Source: Paragordius varius
Taxonomy: Eukaryota > Animalia > Nematomorpha
NCBI GenBank assembly: GCA_964247055.1
Contig: OZ176058.1
Coordinates: 1,860,001 to 1,924,000 of the forward strand
Direction: 5' to 3'
DNA length: 64,000 bases
Shown here: in pieces, positions 14,701 through 26,685 of the stretch
Layout: each line of letters begins with the position of its first letter
How positions within the stretch are numbered: the first letter of the stretch is position 1
Notes under the pieces: model-generated
Database searches by the model: none
What the model was told of the DNA's origin: nothing
Seen by the model: the letters and a program-made list of their open reading frames with translations, nothing else
Made by a program: the position numbers and the translations under genes

Positions 14701-16401
14701 ACTTTTGCACATTTTCGATACTTATTGGGGTGATTTTTTGTTGCTATGTTAAAAATCATTATTAATATTTTAGATTTTAAGTAACTAATACAATAAAATT
14801 TTTCTGTAAGTTAGGGTCATAAATAGCTCAAATTTAAACAACAGAACATTAATATCAAAAATTTAGTTTAAAATTGTAAAAAATTATTGGATTTTTATGA
14901 CATAATTAATTTTAATCTGTACTTTTTTGTAATTAAAAAATATTTTTGGCGGTTAAAAGTTTGAAATAATTATAATATATTCTTTCTAAAGCATCCCAAT
15001 ATTAAAATTACCCTTAGATAAGTTTAAAAGTAATCATGTAATTAAATAAAAGTCCCGTTTTAGCTCTAATTAGTAAAACTATGCTGTACTTTAACATTGA
15101 ATTTATTTAGGTTTTTTTTCATGTAAATAATAATTTTAAATCAATTACAGTATTCATTTAAATTTTGGCATTTTCACACCATAGTTTGTCAATTAACAAT
15201 GCAATAAATAAAACAACAATTAACAAAGTAATATATGATTGGGAGTTGTTTATTCTCCATTTTGTTGTTTTTTCTATACATTACTGTTTTAATCGATCAA
15301 CTATAGTGTGAATAAGCCAGCATTAATATAAATTCTATAATTATTACCAAAAATTTAGAGTTTATACTGTGAATCATATGAAAGTGTAGCCATTTTATTT
15401 GCCTCCATACCAAATTTCAAAGAGTTTTGGGATGAAAACAATGTAACTAAAAGTGGGTTGGAATGCATGAGACTACTCAATGAAATCATTTGTGAATTCG
15501 ATAAAGTAATATTTTTCTACAGTTAAAATTGAATTATACCGTTTTAAACGGTAACCCTTAAAAGTACAGTGTGAAATTATACAGTATATAAAATGTAAAA
15601 ACATAATGATAAATATTTTTTTCACACGCCCGCTGTACGTTTTTTAACTTGTTTATGTATCAATCAATATAACTAACTCATTGATTTCAATTGCAAAGTA
15701 TCAATGAAGTAAAGATTTAAATTGGTAACACATTCAATTATAATTATTTTACAATTTCAATAGTTATTAAATTTATGTACGAAAAAATTGTGTATATTTG
15801 TTGAAAATATTTAATAAAATATAATACAGTAACGAGAGCTATTATTGACCATTTCGGTTCGTTAATTGGCTTAAATGAGTTATATTTTGCATGTCTGCTG
15901 CCATGTATGAGATTTTTCTTTTTATTAGTACCAATTTACAGCTCTGTTTTATATGCAAATTAAAACTGAGATATATAACATTTACAATTCAAATTCACCT
16001 TTTAACAATTCAAATTTACCCTCGAACAATTCAAAACCTTTGAACAATTCAAATTCACCCTAAAAATAAATTATGTGTATTCAAACTAATATAACTTATT
16101 ATTAATATGAAATATATCTTTATGGCCTAGTTTATCATTTTTTTCAGTATTATTTTATTTTCAAACAAAAATTCATTTTTTAAAAATATGATAAAATATG
16201 AGTAATTTTTAATCTTGAAATACACATAATTTAGGGTGAATTTGAATTGTTCAAGGGTGAATTTAATTTCTTCAAGAGTGAATTTGAATTGTTTAAGAAT
16301 GAATTTGAAATTTAAATGGTATATTTTAAACAATAGTTTAAAATAGTGAAGCCGTTTTTTTAGTGTGCGTTTTGTCTGTAAAATATATTTTTACACTATT
16401 T

Positions 16402-16465
<64 letters not shown>

Positions 16466-19400
16466 TCAGTTACTACTCAAACCCAAATATAGTTCGGTGG
16501 AAAAAATTAAAACTATTGGAAGCACATATATGGCAGCTTCGGGTTTGAATGCCGTCAGAGAATCTAAAGTAAATTTAATTTTTAGTAAAAATATAAAGAC
16601 AAATATTTTTTTCTAAAACAATCATACTTTTTAAATCTTGATTTTTTAGATAAAACTCTTTGTAAAATGGTAAAGTGTGAAATAGGTATATATGTCACTA
16701 ATATAATCAATTCTACTTTTTAAAATTATAAAATAACATATATAGGAAAAATAAGGTTTAAAAGGGTTGTCTTTAAAAAAAAAAATTAATTTTTTACTGT
16801 AATATAAACAAATCAAAAAATAACTGTGTGAGATAACCTATAAATTTTAATTGATTATTTCCACCAGATAACATTTACAGTAAAGAGCATGATTGGCTAA
16901 AATATGGTTTAAAAAAACATTTTGGTATTTTTTAAAAAATCATAAATTAAATGTTGAACACATGCTAAACCTTAGTATTTTATATTTTTCATATCCTACT
17001 TAAAAAATTAGAAATGTTTTTAAAATAACAATTGTAATTATATATAATTTAAATTAGGTAAATTAAGAATTTAAAAAAGCAAGCTTATAATTCTAATATT
17101 TACTGCAATCTAATTTATTTATATAGTTAACAACAAACAAAAGAGACAATCAAATTATAGCCATAACAGAATTCGCATTTTCCATGATCAGCTGTTTGGA
17201 TCTAATTAACAAAGATAGTTTCAATAACTTCCAATTAAGAATCGGTAAACCTGAAATACAAAAAATTAATTTTTATAAAATTATTTTAGATTTACAAAAA
17301 AAGCGCTTAAATTATATATCATTAACAGTTCAAATTCACCCTAAAATTAATTATGTATTCAAAATTAAAAATAACTATATATTATATTTTTAAATAATGA
17401 AGTCTGGTTTAAAATTTATATACCATTGAAAAAATAATAAATATGCCATAAGAATATAATTTATAAATGATGGGTTATATTAGCTGCCCGAAAACACAAT
17501 TGATTTTTAGGGTGAACTGGATGAACGGTAATTTTGAATTGTTCAAGGGTTAATTTGAATTGTAAATGGTAAATATAAATTGCTAATAAATTAGTTTCCC
17601 ATAATTTAAAATTGACTATTTTTGCGGAAAAACTAATTATATATTCGCTCTTTACAAATATTATTTTATCGATTACCACCTGAGGGTTTTTTTAAATGCA
17701 ATAATTGATATTTCATATTTTTATTAATATAAACCTGAAAATTGCATTTAAATTATCAAAAATAAATTAAAAATTTATTTCTATAAAATTTCAGTATATT
17801 GAATTTAATAAATATTCTAAAAGAACTTACGCATTTTAAGAAAACAATTTTTTTTGCGAAAATGTAGAATACAAATAATAAAATTATTACGAAATATATT
17901 TTCATTATTCTATTCTTACGCTTTTCACCAAAAAAGGTTTTTATCAGTATTATATATTAGGGTGTTTGTTCATACAGTATACATTTTAATGCTTCCTTAT
18001 TTCACACTATAGTTGGGCAATTTGCAACAAGTATTATATGTGGAAAAAGGAAAGGAAATAATTGTTTATTTAACATTTTGTTGTTTTTTTCCATACACTA
18101 CTGTGTTGCAAATTGCCCTATTTATCAAAAATTTATTTTTTTTCGTTAAATGGGTACAAATATTTGTTAAAGAATGGAAAAAACGAGAGCACTATGGTAT
18201 TAACAATATCTATCATATTCATCAGAAAATTATAAGAATTACCATAGAGCTCTTGTTTTTTCTATTCTTTACCAAATATTTATATCCATTTAACTAAATA
18301 AAATAAATTTCTGATAAAATAAATGATACATGATTGTAAGCAACCATTAAAATGCATACTGTATAGTTAAGATTTACCCCAAATAAAGTATAAACATCAA
18401 AAGTTGGCCAATTCACATTGTTTGTCATACAATTCGAAATACAGTAGTGTATGGGTGAAAACAACAAATAGTTGAATTTAAACACCTTATCCAATTTAAA
18501 TTGGAGTTGGTTATTTAATTTATAAGGACAAAATTTGTTTTATATCATACTCTCCTACTATATTATATTACAAATTGACCAATGATAATGTGATTTGACC
18601 AGAATAAATGTGCATATTGTATTAGATTCTATAAATTTTTCAAACGAAATTTTTTTTATTTTACTCTTCTCTAATGTATTCTAGGAATAAATCATGGCCC
18701 TATCATAGCCGGTATTGTAGGGGCTCAAAAACCCCAATTTGATATTTGGGGTAATGCGGTTAATATTGCAAGTCGAATGGATAGTCATGGAACGATGCGA
18801 AATATACAGGTAATTTTATTGCATATACAGAAAAAATTTAAAATATACGGACAAAACGTAAACTATAAAGACTAATATAATTTATTAAAAGAAAGACAAA
18901 CCTAACTTTTTAAATCTTATTTATTTCCCTTATGAATTATTTTATCAAAATTGTAAAATAAGTCATGTTTCCTTTATTTTAGCAGGGTATAAATATTTGG
19001 TAAAGAATGTAACAAGAGCTCTATGATAATTCTTATGTGTTTTTGATGAATATGATATTGTTAATTTCTTGTTTTTTCTTTTTTAACAAATATATATACC
19101 CATCTAACGAAAGAAAATAAATTTTTAATAAAATAAAGGATACATGATTGTATATGATTAATATGCTACCAACACTTATATTCATACTTTGCAGTTTTAA
19201 ACAATGAGTCTTATTCAAATGAATCAAGATTTAAAAAGTATCATTGTTTTTTTAAAAAAAATATTTGTATTTATATTTTCACGTTTTGTCCGTATAATTT
19301 TAATCATTACTCTATATATATATATATATATAATCGGAAATCTCTTTTTGTGCTGTACACGAAACTTGCACACAATTTACACTTCAAATTCATTTTTTAA

Positions 19401-21855
19401 ACAGTTTAAATTTACCCTTAACACTTTAAATTCACTTCTAAATACTTTAAATTTAACTTTAAACCCTTTATATTCACCCTTAAACAATATTTAACCCTTA
19501 AGCATTTCGAATAACTTAAGGACTTTAATTCACCATTGAACCCCTTGAAAATTGCAATCGACCCTTGCCTCAAATTCACCCTAAATTTACTCTAAAACAT
19601 ATCAAAGTTACACTTAAAACAGTTAGAATTAACTTTAAGCTTTTTAAACCCCTAAACATTACCGTAAAATTAATGGTATTTAATAATGGAAATTTTTTGC
19701 CTCTATTTTTTGATATTAAAAAAATGGAACTATTTAACGTAATGCAGAAAAAATGAAAAACGCCATATAGAATATTCCGTCAATTGGTTAGATTAACTCA
19801 TAAACAATTTATTTTTAGGGTAAATTTCAGATGTAAATAATAGTATATTATAAGGTTCAAATTGATTGCAACTAGTATTGATTGGCATAAAATATTAAAA
19901 GATTTTTTCCTTTGAAAAAAAACCGCATGAGCTTTTTTAATAAACTAGTGTTTTGAATTAATTAATTAAATTTAATTATCAAACATTGTTCTTATGTTAT
20001 ATAAGATAAAAAAACAGCTTTGTATTGGGACATTATTCCAAACACGATTGAAACAAACAGCTGATATAAAATTAAAATATATCAAGTTTTTGCTGGTATA
20101 ATGTAGTCAAAAAGTTTTAGGTTAATTATTTATATTTTTTGACCATAATATACATTTACTTGTCTATTAAATTAGCTACTTAAATAAATTATAGTTTACA
20201 TTTTAAAAAATTCTTGGGTATAATGAGCCTCAATGCATATTTTTAAATTTGGCCTAACACCTCCTTTTTTAGTTTAAATTTCAAATTGCTTTGGGATATA
20301 CCATTCAAATTCACCCTTGAACCATTCAACTTAAACAATTCAAATTTATCTTTGAACAACCCTAAAATAAATTATGTGTATAAAATTAAAACAAAATACA
20401 ACCATACTTTTTATATATTTTAAAATACAACAAATATTTGGTAACACAATCAATTATGTATTTTACAATGTTAAATAATTTTTAGGATAAATTAAGATTT
20501 AATAAAGTTGAGTTGTCCTTGTCCTTATATTACGTTTTGTCCGTATAATTTCAACAATTTTTTCTGCATTTGTTAAATATATCAAATAAATATTTATCTT
20601 TATACATATTGAATCAGATTAGTAATTTTTTGGTATTTAAAATATTTTTTTGGTAACATATTTTTAGGTGCCTGAACAAACTGCAAACATTTTGATGGAA
20701 CATGGCTATACTTGTACATTTCGAGGTTTTATCGATATCAAAGGAAGCGGGCAGATGAATACTTATTTTCTAGGTATTTTATTTAAAAAACTCCTAAATG
20801 AATATATAATTAAATTTTATACCATTTACAGTTCAAATTCACCCTTGAACAATTCAAATTCACCCTTGAACAATTTAAATTCACCCTTGACAATTCAAAT
20901 TCACCCTTTAACAATTCAAATTCAGCCTAAAAATAAATTATGTGTTTTGAAATAATTATATAACTCATTATTAATATGAAATATATCTTTATGGCGCATA
21001 GTTTATTATTTTTTCAGTATTACTTAAATTGTTATTGTTTAAAAAAATATAAAAATATGGCTAATTTTTAACCTTAAAATACATATATTTTATTTGAGGC
21101 TGAATTGAATTGTTCAAGGGTGAATTAAATTGTTCAAGGGTGAATTTGAATTGTTTAAGGGTGAATTTGAATTGTAAATGATATATTAATTAGAATAAAC
21201 CTTAAATTATGGCTATATTTTGGATACAGTAAAATTATACAACAAAACGTAAAAATTAAAAGACAAATATTTTTTCCATAAAACCGATGTAATTTTTTAA
21301 ACCTAATTTTTGCAAAATAAATAATTTAATAACATTGATAAAATATATAATTGATTGTGTTGTCAATTTACATCTCTATTTATACATTGCAATTGAGAAT
21401 ATATTAGAGTAATAATTGAAATTATACTGACGAAACTTGAAAATATAAAGACGAATATTTTTTTCAAAAAACATCCATACTTTTTTATCCTGATTTTTTT
21501 AAATACAATACATTGTTTTATACAATTGTACAATCATAAATGAGTAACACAATTAATTATGTATTTTACGAAATTATAAGTTTTTATAGGATAAGGTTTT
21601 TAAAAAGTATGTTGTCTTTTAAAAAAACTAATTTTATCATTATATATTTACATTTTGTCCGTATACTTTAAATTTCTGTATATTATTTAAAATTTCAAGC
21701 TTGAAAAAAGGTAGAGCCGTCTTTTTAAAAATATATTTGTCTTTTATATTTCCGTTTGTGTTTAAATAAAATTATTTATAATTTTAGGATTAGAAAAGCT
21801 AATGAGATCACGTGATACTCAAGTCAGGTTACTATCTTCCATTGGTGCTCCTTAG
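1285..21855 (+). CDS. Adcy2-like: Transmembrane adenylyl cyclase, ADCY2/4/7-like (5'-partial; 18 exons in window, ~914 aa)
   Basis: Exons 1285-1399, 2020-2158, 3277-3500, 4143-4284, 5145-5200, 6134-6304, 7832-7922, 9829-10173, 11572-11724, 12196-12593, 13374-13464, 14441-14599, 15359-15505, 16470-16568, 17127-17244, 18685-18809, 20668-20773, 21788-21855 join in one open frame with GT-AG introns. Motifs: C1a [24 protein letters not shown]1b WGGTKLF, six TM segments, C2a [45 protein letters not shown]. The K, D, N and R residues for ATP specificity and catalysis are present. Subfamily call is from recalled similarity to ADCY2 (GAQKPQ, GYTCT, ETM..LN.VLLEN.LPAH). Confidence 0.95.
2020..2158 (+). 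CDS. Adcy2-like: Adenylyl cyclase exon (C1a end)
   Basis: ttag|A..TAT|gtataa; [46 protein letters not shown]. Confidence 0.93.
3277..3500 (+). CDS. Adcy2-like: Adenylyl cyclase exon (C1b, divergent)
   Basis: ccag|AAA..CA|gtaata; [47 protein letters not shown]...; open frame with phases matching both neighbours. Confidence 0.75.
4143..4284 (+). CDS. Adcy2-like: Adenylyl cyclase exon (C1b, WGxxKxF motif)
   Basis: atag|A..AAG|gtttta; [47 protein letters not shown]. Confidence 0.85.
5145..5200 (+). CDS. Adcy2-like: Adenylyl cyclase exon (C1b)
   Basis: ttag|ACT..AA|gtaatc; [18 protein letters not shown]; phase 0 to 2 fits neighbours. Confidence 0.75.
6134..6304 (+). CDS. Adcy2-like: Adenylyl cyclase exon (C1b end, TM7)
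   Basis: atag|A..AG|gtcagt; [56 protein letters not shown]. Confidence 0.85.
7413..7708. mobile_element. MITE family A (Tc1/mariner-type, ~290 bp, ~90-bp TIR), representative copy
   Basis: TA|CAGTAAAAATTGAAATTATACGGAC...GTCCGTATAATTTCAATTTTTACTG|TA. Other copies at about 3650-3928, 4650-4900, 5382-5670, 6369-6656, 6725-7006, 10453-10730, 14064-14363, 22607-22887, 23560-23822, 42780-43065, 44869-45155, 46925-47190, 50612-50906, plus many fragments. No transposase ORF. Confidence 0.9.
7832..7922 (+). CDS. Adcy2-like: Adenylyl cyclase exon (TM8)
   Basis: ttag|G..AGG|gtaatt; [30 protein letters not shown]. Confidence 0.85.
8011..8165. mobile_element. Family H terminus (CAGGGTG start, Tc1/mariner-like fragment)
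   Basis: acagggtgagccctaactggggcc...; second copy at 59062-59200. Confidence 0.6.
9448..9733. mobile_element. MITE with a perfect 41-bp terminal inverted repeat
   Basis: taataacagttgtaaaatccgtaatataatgataatcgaaa (9448-9488) is the exact reverse complement of 9693-9733. Confidence 0.85.
9829..10173 (+). CDS. Adcy2-like: Adenylyl cyclase exon (His-rich loop, TM9)
   Basis: ctag|AAT..TTG|gtatat; 115 codons, includes the supplied ORF 9973+; ends [19 protein letters not shown]. Confidence 0.8.
11572..11724 (+). CDS. Adcy2-like: Adenylyl cyclase exon (TM9-10 extracellular loop)
   Basis: acag|GTT..AAT|gtaaga; [51 protein letters not shown] (NIS sequon). Confidence 0.8.
12196..12593 (+). CDS. Adcy2-like: Adenylyl cyclase exon (TM10, TM11, long loop)
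   Basis: ttag|TAT..AG|gttatt; [46 protein letters not shown]...YYMTKQE. Confidence 0.8.
13374..13464 (+). CDS. Adcy2-like: Adenylyl cyclase exon (TM12)
   Basis: ttag|A..ATG|gtatta; [30 protein letters not shown]. Confidence 0.85.
14441..14599 (+). CDS. Adcy2-like: Adenylyl cyclase exon (C2 helical region)
   Basis: atag|GTT..ACG|gttttt; [53 protein letters not shown]. Confidence 0.95.
15359..15505 (+). CDS. Adcy2-like: Adenylyl cyclase exon (C2a)
   Basis: ttag|AGT..AAA|gtaata; [49 protein letters not shown]. Confidence 0.96.
16470..16568 (+). CDS. Adcy2-like: Adenylyl cyclase exon (C2a)
   Basis: tcag|TTA..AAA|gtaaat; [33 protein letters not shown]. Confidence 0.96.
17127..17244 (+). CDS. 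Adcy2-like: Adenylyl cyclase exon (C2a)
   Basis: atag|TTA..G|gtaaac; [39 protein letters not shown]. Confidence 0.93.
17973..18363. mobile_element. MITE family F (TA|CAGTATGCATTTTAATGG ends) interrupted by a family B copy
   Basis: The F left arm and core run to 18120, then B (18121-18338), then the F right terminus agcaaccattaaaatgcatactgta. Other F copies at about 15145-15330, 29091-30051 (interrupted) and 33203-34419 (four in tandem). Confidence 0.85.
18685..18809 (+). CDS. Adcy2-like: Adenylyl cyclase exon (C2a catalytic)
   Basis: ctag|GA..CAG|gtaatt; [41 protein letters not shown]. Confidence 0.97.
20668..20773 (+). CDS. Adcy2-like: Adenylyl cyclase exon (C2a end)
   Basis: ttag|GTG..G|gtattt; [35 protein letters not shown]. 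Confidence 0.95.
20818..21185. mobile_element. TIR element family C: TATA|CCATTTAC ends with inverted 21-bp subterminal arrays (TTGAACAATTCAAATTCACCC)
   Basis: Four or five units on the left and three inverted units on the right around a conserved ~180-bp core. Copies at about 8670-8975, 15974-16324, 17320-17575, 32298-32548, 40508-40737, 43325-43599, 44278-44514, 46378-46666, 57878-58124; degenerate array at 19370-19660. Confidence 0.88.
21788..21855 (+). CDS. Adcy2-like: Adenylyl cyclase probable terminal exon (C2b)
   Basis: ttag|GA..TAG; (G)[21 protein letters not shown]; phase fits, but the peptide is not conserved and an internal donor exists at 21828. Confidence 0.6.
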
Positions 21856-22606
21856 AATCTCTGTTTAGTGTGTTAAATTTTTTATAAAACCAAATTTTTC
21901 ATAATAATTTATTTAAAACAATATTTATTTAATTATGTTCTTAAATTACAATGCATCCATTATAACATAAATTATTTTGGACAAGTTTTTAAATTATTTT
22001 TTAAATAAAAAAACCGAAAATAGTATGATTTATGCTTACCATTTCACAGTATTGTTGGTCAATAGGCTATACCGTAGCATATGGATTAAAACAACAGATT
22101 AAATGAATTAAAACATTATCTCAAAACATTTAATTTGTTTTTATTAAATTTTGGACAAAATTTGTTTTATACCATATGCTACTGTATTATCAATTGGTTA
22201 ACAATATTGTGAAATGGCCATTATTTGTCTATACTCTAATAATAGAAAATATACGACGATTGAGTATATATATAATATATATACTATATATAATAATGTA
22301 GTCAAAACAAAGAAAAATTAAAAAATTATATTTTAATTAATATTAAATTATTTTAATTATTAACAAAAAAATAAATGCAAAACAAATAATATGATTTATA
22401 AAAAAGTTTGATGGTTGTGATTTTTGCCCTGGTTTTAGGAATCAATACATTAGTTTACGAACAAAAGATTATTTAGTTTTCAGGTTTTTATTGAATAGTT
22501 CCTATTTTAGTTTTTGTAATTTTAGATGGCCAATTATTGATTCTGAGAGTATAGCAATACATATATATGTATGGAGAAATTTTTATATAGCTTAAATAAA
22601 AAATAA

Positions 22607-22887
22607 TACAGTAAAACTTGAAGGACAAAACGTAAAAACAGACAAATATTTTTTTCCAAAAGACAACCATACTTTTTACATTTTGATTTTTTTAAATATA
22701 AACTCATTGTTTTAAACAACAAAGTATAAAATAGAAATGTATATTGGTAACACAATCAATTATATATTTTATAGGTTGCAAATATAAATAATGATTTAAA
22801 TTTAAATAAAGTACGGTTGTCTTTTAGAAAAAAATATTTGTCTTTATATTTTTACGTTTTGTCCGCATAATTTGAGTTTTTACTGTA
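22607..22887. mobile_element. MITE family A, well-preserved copy
   Basis: TA|CAGT...ACTG|TA with long TIR (ggacaaaacgtaaaa / ttttacgttttgtcc; aaaagacaaccatac / gtacggttgtctttt). Confidence 0.9.
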
Positions 22888-25800
22888 TGTAAAATTATCT
22901 CATTTTTATAATTAATGTACAAATAAAAATAATGCGTATCGCTTGCTACATTATTATCAACTAAATCGATATGTAATTCTTAGAGAATAAATAAAATTGA
23001 TTTTAAAAATTAATTCATGCATATTCATTAACGATATAATATATTCTAATTAGTGGAAGTAAGCTAATTTTAAATATAATTATTTAAAGATAAAAAATAC
23101 GGTACCATTTTAATGGTATGTTCTTTAATTTTTAAATCAATAATTTATAGCTAAAATTTAGTTATTTCGTTTTCGAGAAAATTCCAAATCAGTTTCTTTC
23201 ATTTTTATTTTAAAAAAAGGATAAATATAGAAAAATGAGCAATATTTTTGCTTTAAGCTTTTGCGATTATAGTTTATTGTCATTTGCTTTGAGGATACCC
23301 ATAAAATAATATAATTTTGGATTATTATTTACATCAATGACAAAAGGTTAATAACAAGACAAATATTTTTTCTGTAAGATTATCATATTTTTTAAATGTT
23401 TTTTTGTTAAAAATTATTCATCGTATTGTTTAATGAAAATCATTAATATACATCGGTAATAAACTGAAATGTAAAAAGTTTTAATTTTTTCTAGTAAAAA
23501 TAAAAGATTAAAAAGTAGGGATTTTTTATGTTAATCGTTTAGTTATTTTAATAAAAATTGAAAATATACGGACAAAATGTAAAAATATAACGGCAATTTT
23601 TTTTTCCAAAGGACAATACTTTTTTACACCTTAGTTTATCTATTAAAAAACAATTAATTAGAATCGTATAATACATAGTTGCTTTTTTTAGAAATTTAAA
23701 TTTTCATATATTATTTATAGTTTAAAACAATGAGTTTTATAGATTAGTTTGGTTGTCTTTTTGAAAAAAAATATTTGTCTTAATATTTTCAAATTTTGTT
23801 CGTATAATTTCAATTTTTACTCGTTTGTCTGAATAATCTTAATATTTGCTGTATAGGATTAAGATTGATAACTGCATATATTTTAAATAAATGTATAACA
23901 TTCCATATTTAAAATATTTGATTTCCACAATCATGGGGTATGGGATATGTATAGTGTTAACTATGCATTGAATAGCGGATAAATATTTCACGTTTAGGGA
24001 AAACGCCAAATGCACGAAATGGGGGGGGGGGTACAATATATCCTGATAAAATAAATATAATAGATTATAAACAGGAATATGCTTATTGGTTTTAGGGCTT
24101 ACGTGAACGCTTATTTTAGTTTCTGGTAATTGCCCGGTATCAAAAACGCAAAATTAGAGCACGAATCTAAAAATTTTATCTGTCCTCCTAAAATGGGCCT
24201 GTTTTCTCTATACGAACACAACAATGTAGAGATATAGCGATAAAAAATTTAAATTATATGCCAGATTGGGGGAAAGTGGCTCGCCGGCGGCCTAGTCATC
24301 GAACATATTATGTACCCGCAAAAAACAAAGAAAATTATCAAATTAATGAAAATTCCAAATTTTGTAAAATATATGGTGACAAAATCCTAATTTAAATTTT
24401 ATTTTTACGTTTGACAAAGATTACTTGTAGTAATCGAAATATTATATAATAAATTTATATAATTTTTGCTGAATTATTCCATATATAATAATAAAATTAC
24501 AATAATTTAATTCTTATTAAGTCTTTTGGCAACTAACTGAAAAAATTTGGGAATTAAGGTAGTTTTATATTTTTTTGTCATTTTTTAGAGTGCTATGTTT
24601 TAATACCCATATATTTTTGGATTTTTTGAGTTTAAATGTGTGCTCATACAACCATTTAAATTTGGACACTCTTGCGCTAGATTTGATATCAAAAAATATA
24701 TTTAAAAAAGCATTTTTTGTTCAAAAATCAATTGTTTGTTAAAGCATACGTCCTACAAATTATGCAGAATTACGGTATAAAACTTTAAGATATAAAAAAA
24801 GTTTCTATATTTTATGATACTGATCATTAGCCTCAAAATGATTGTCATTTTTGTATTATCTATCTCAAATACAAACAGTTTTTTTACCAAAATTCACCCA
24901 AATTAATAGATTTCTTTGAGTGAATTCCACCATGCCTCAACATCATATAAGGTGTGCTTGAACCAATACAAGCATTTAAATGTTTGTTATAAATTATTAT
25001 TTTGTCATAAACTTTTTTTGATATTGAAATATTGATTTATAAATAATTTTCAAGCAATATCTTTCGCTTTTTAATGAGACTTGACCATTATGAAAAATTA
25101 GAAGCTTTTATAGTACATTTAAAATTTATAATATTATAAAAATATACTATTTTTCATATGTATGGAATATTTTAAGAATATTTTTTGGAATAACATATTG
25201 AGCTTTAAACAAAGTATATTAATGAATATAAAGTTTACAAATATTGCCATTTTCTGATATGAATCAGACAACAAAAAAGTGGAAATTACATTCTAAAATT
25301 ACTCATAAGTGCCAACACCAAACGCTTTAAATTAATACTGATACACCTATCATAATATAAATATATATCATCAGGATTAATTGAACACTACATATTATGA
25401 TAGATAAATGAATTAAGATGATTGTGGTGAGTTTGTTTCGTACCTTACGAGAGATATAAGAATCTTCACTAATTTTGTTGAAATCCACCCATAATGATAA
25501 ATTCTCCGCATCTGCATAATTGTGCTTTATCACAGAAAATCACTAATACATATAATAAATTATGTATTAAAAGAAAATATTTTTTATATTGGATGTGGCT
25601 CCAACTGTATCATAGTTTACTCTTAAGGAAAAAATGAAAGTATGGTCGATAATAAGTTAAAATATATATTTTTCTAAAATACTGAAATATATTAATATTG
25701 TATATTAATATTTTGGTAAACATAATTTTTCCATGGTGTTAATGGTAGAAATTTTTAAAAACAATTTTAAATATTTTAACCCTTTTCATATTTGATGGTG

Positions 25801-26117
25801 CCTAACATTTCTATAACATCAAATTCAATTGGAGATGTTAACAACACACATTAGACACCTTTAACTGAAGTAATAAAATTTGGAAGTCTTTTGCTAAATA
25901 ATGATTTAAGGTACTCGGTAAAACAAGAAATTGCTTAACATATTATATGTTTAAATTATTTTAAATAATTTAATTATAATATACAACCCTAATACCTAAA
26001 AAATACCACAATAAAAATTATTGCAATTGATAAATTTTATACAAACTTTTTGATAAAAATATATAAAATCTTTTAAATAATATGTAATTATGTGATTAGG
26101 CCCTAATGTTACTTTAA

Positions 26118-26685
26118 CATTGGATACAACACATTCATTTTAGTCCTTCGATTCAAATTGGGGTAGTTAAATACCGCAGACCTGTTTAAAATTAAATTCT
26201 TTTAAAAATATGGAAGGAATCGAAACCATGGCAAAATCTTGCACTTATATAACATTAATATACCGAAAAATAAAAAAATTTTTATTCAAAAATACTTGAT
26301 ATTACTTAATTTGAACTAAAACCGAGAGGTAAAAATTTAGTCACCATGACATGCGTGCAATGGTAAAATTGAAAAATAATACAAATTAAACAGCTTTTTC
26401 TATTACTATGAATGTTGAATATAATTTAAATAAAATATTACCTTTAAATTTACCCGAAGACGATATTTTGCAAAATTTTGTAAAATAAAAATGGCGTCGA
26501 AGTAGTTTGACATGGAACTTTTTTTTCAAAACAAAATTTTATTTAGATATTTTGGCATATTTAGATAATTTTTATTAGGATAGAAGCATAAATTTAAATT
26601 GGGACCGTTTCCATCAGTAGTTTCATAAAAATCCTAAATCTAATTTAGTCTGGGGTATTTAGATACCCCAATTTGAATCGAAGTG
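26118..26685. mobile_element. Non-autonomous element family G (~570 bp), TTAA-flanked, CA...GTG ends (piggyBac- or Chapaev-like)
   Basis: TTAA at 26114-26117 and 26686-26689; internal inverted repeat TTCGATTCAAATTGGGGTA at both ends. Copies at ~29343-29919, 58523-59061 (joined to family H) and ~57300-57719 (inverted, truncated). Confidence 0.82.

Noticed and set aside
16365-16469. IYIYIY-containing ORFs (also 11614, 31842, 49983, 59948, 63070)
   Set aside because: They are read-through of (TA)n microsatellites; only the parts overlapping defined exons are coding.
15359-18809. Guanylyl cyclase identity for the cyclase gene
   Set aside because: The specificity residues are Lys (EKIKT) and Asp (FDIWG), the ATP-type pair, and there are two cyclase domains separated by six TM segments.
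20830-20915. GAA...TTC in family C and D units as heat-shock elements
   Set aside because: The spacing is GAAnnnTTC (3 nt), not the canonical nGAAnnTTCn.
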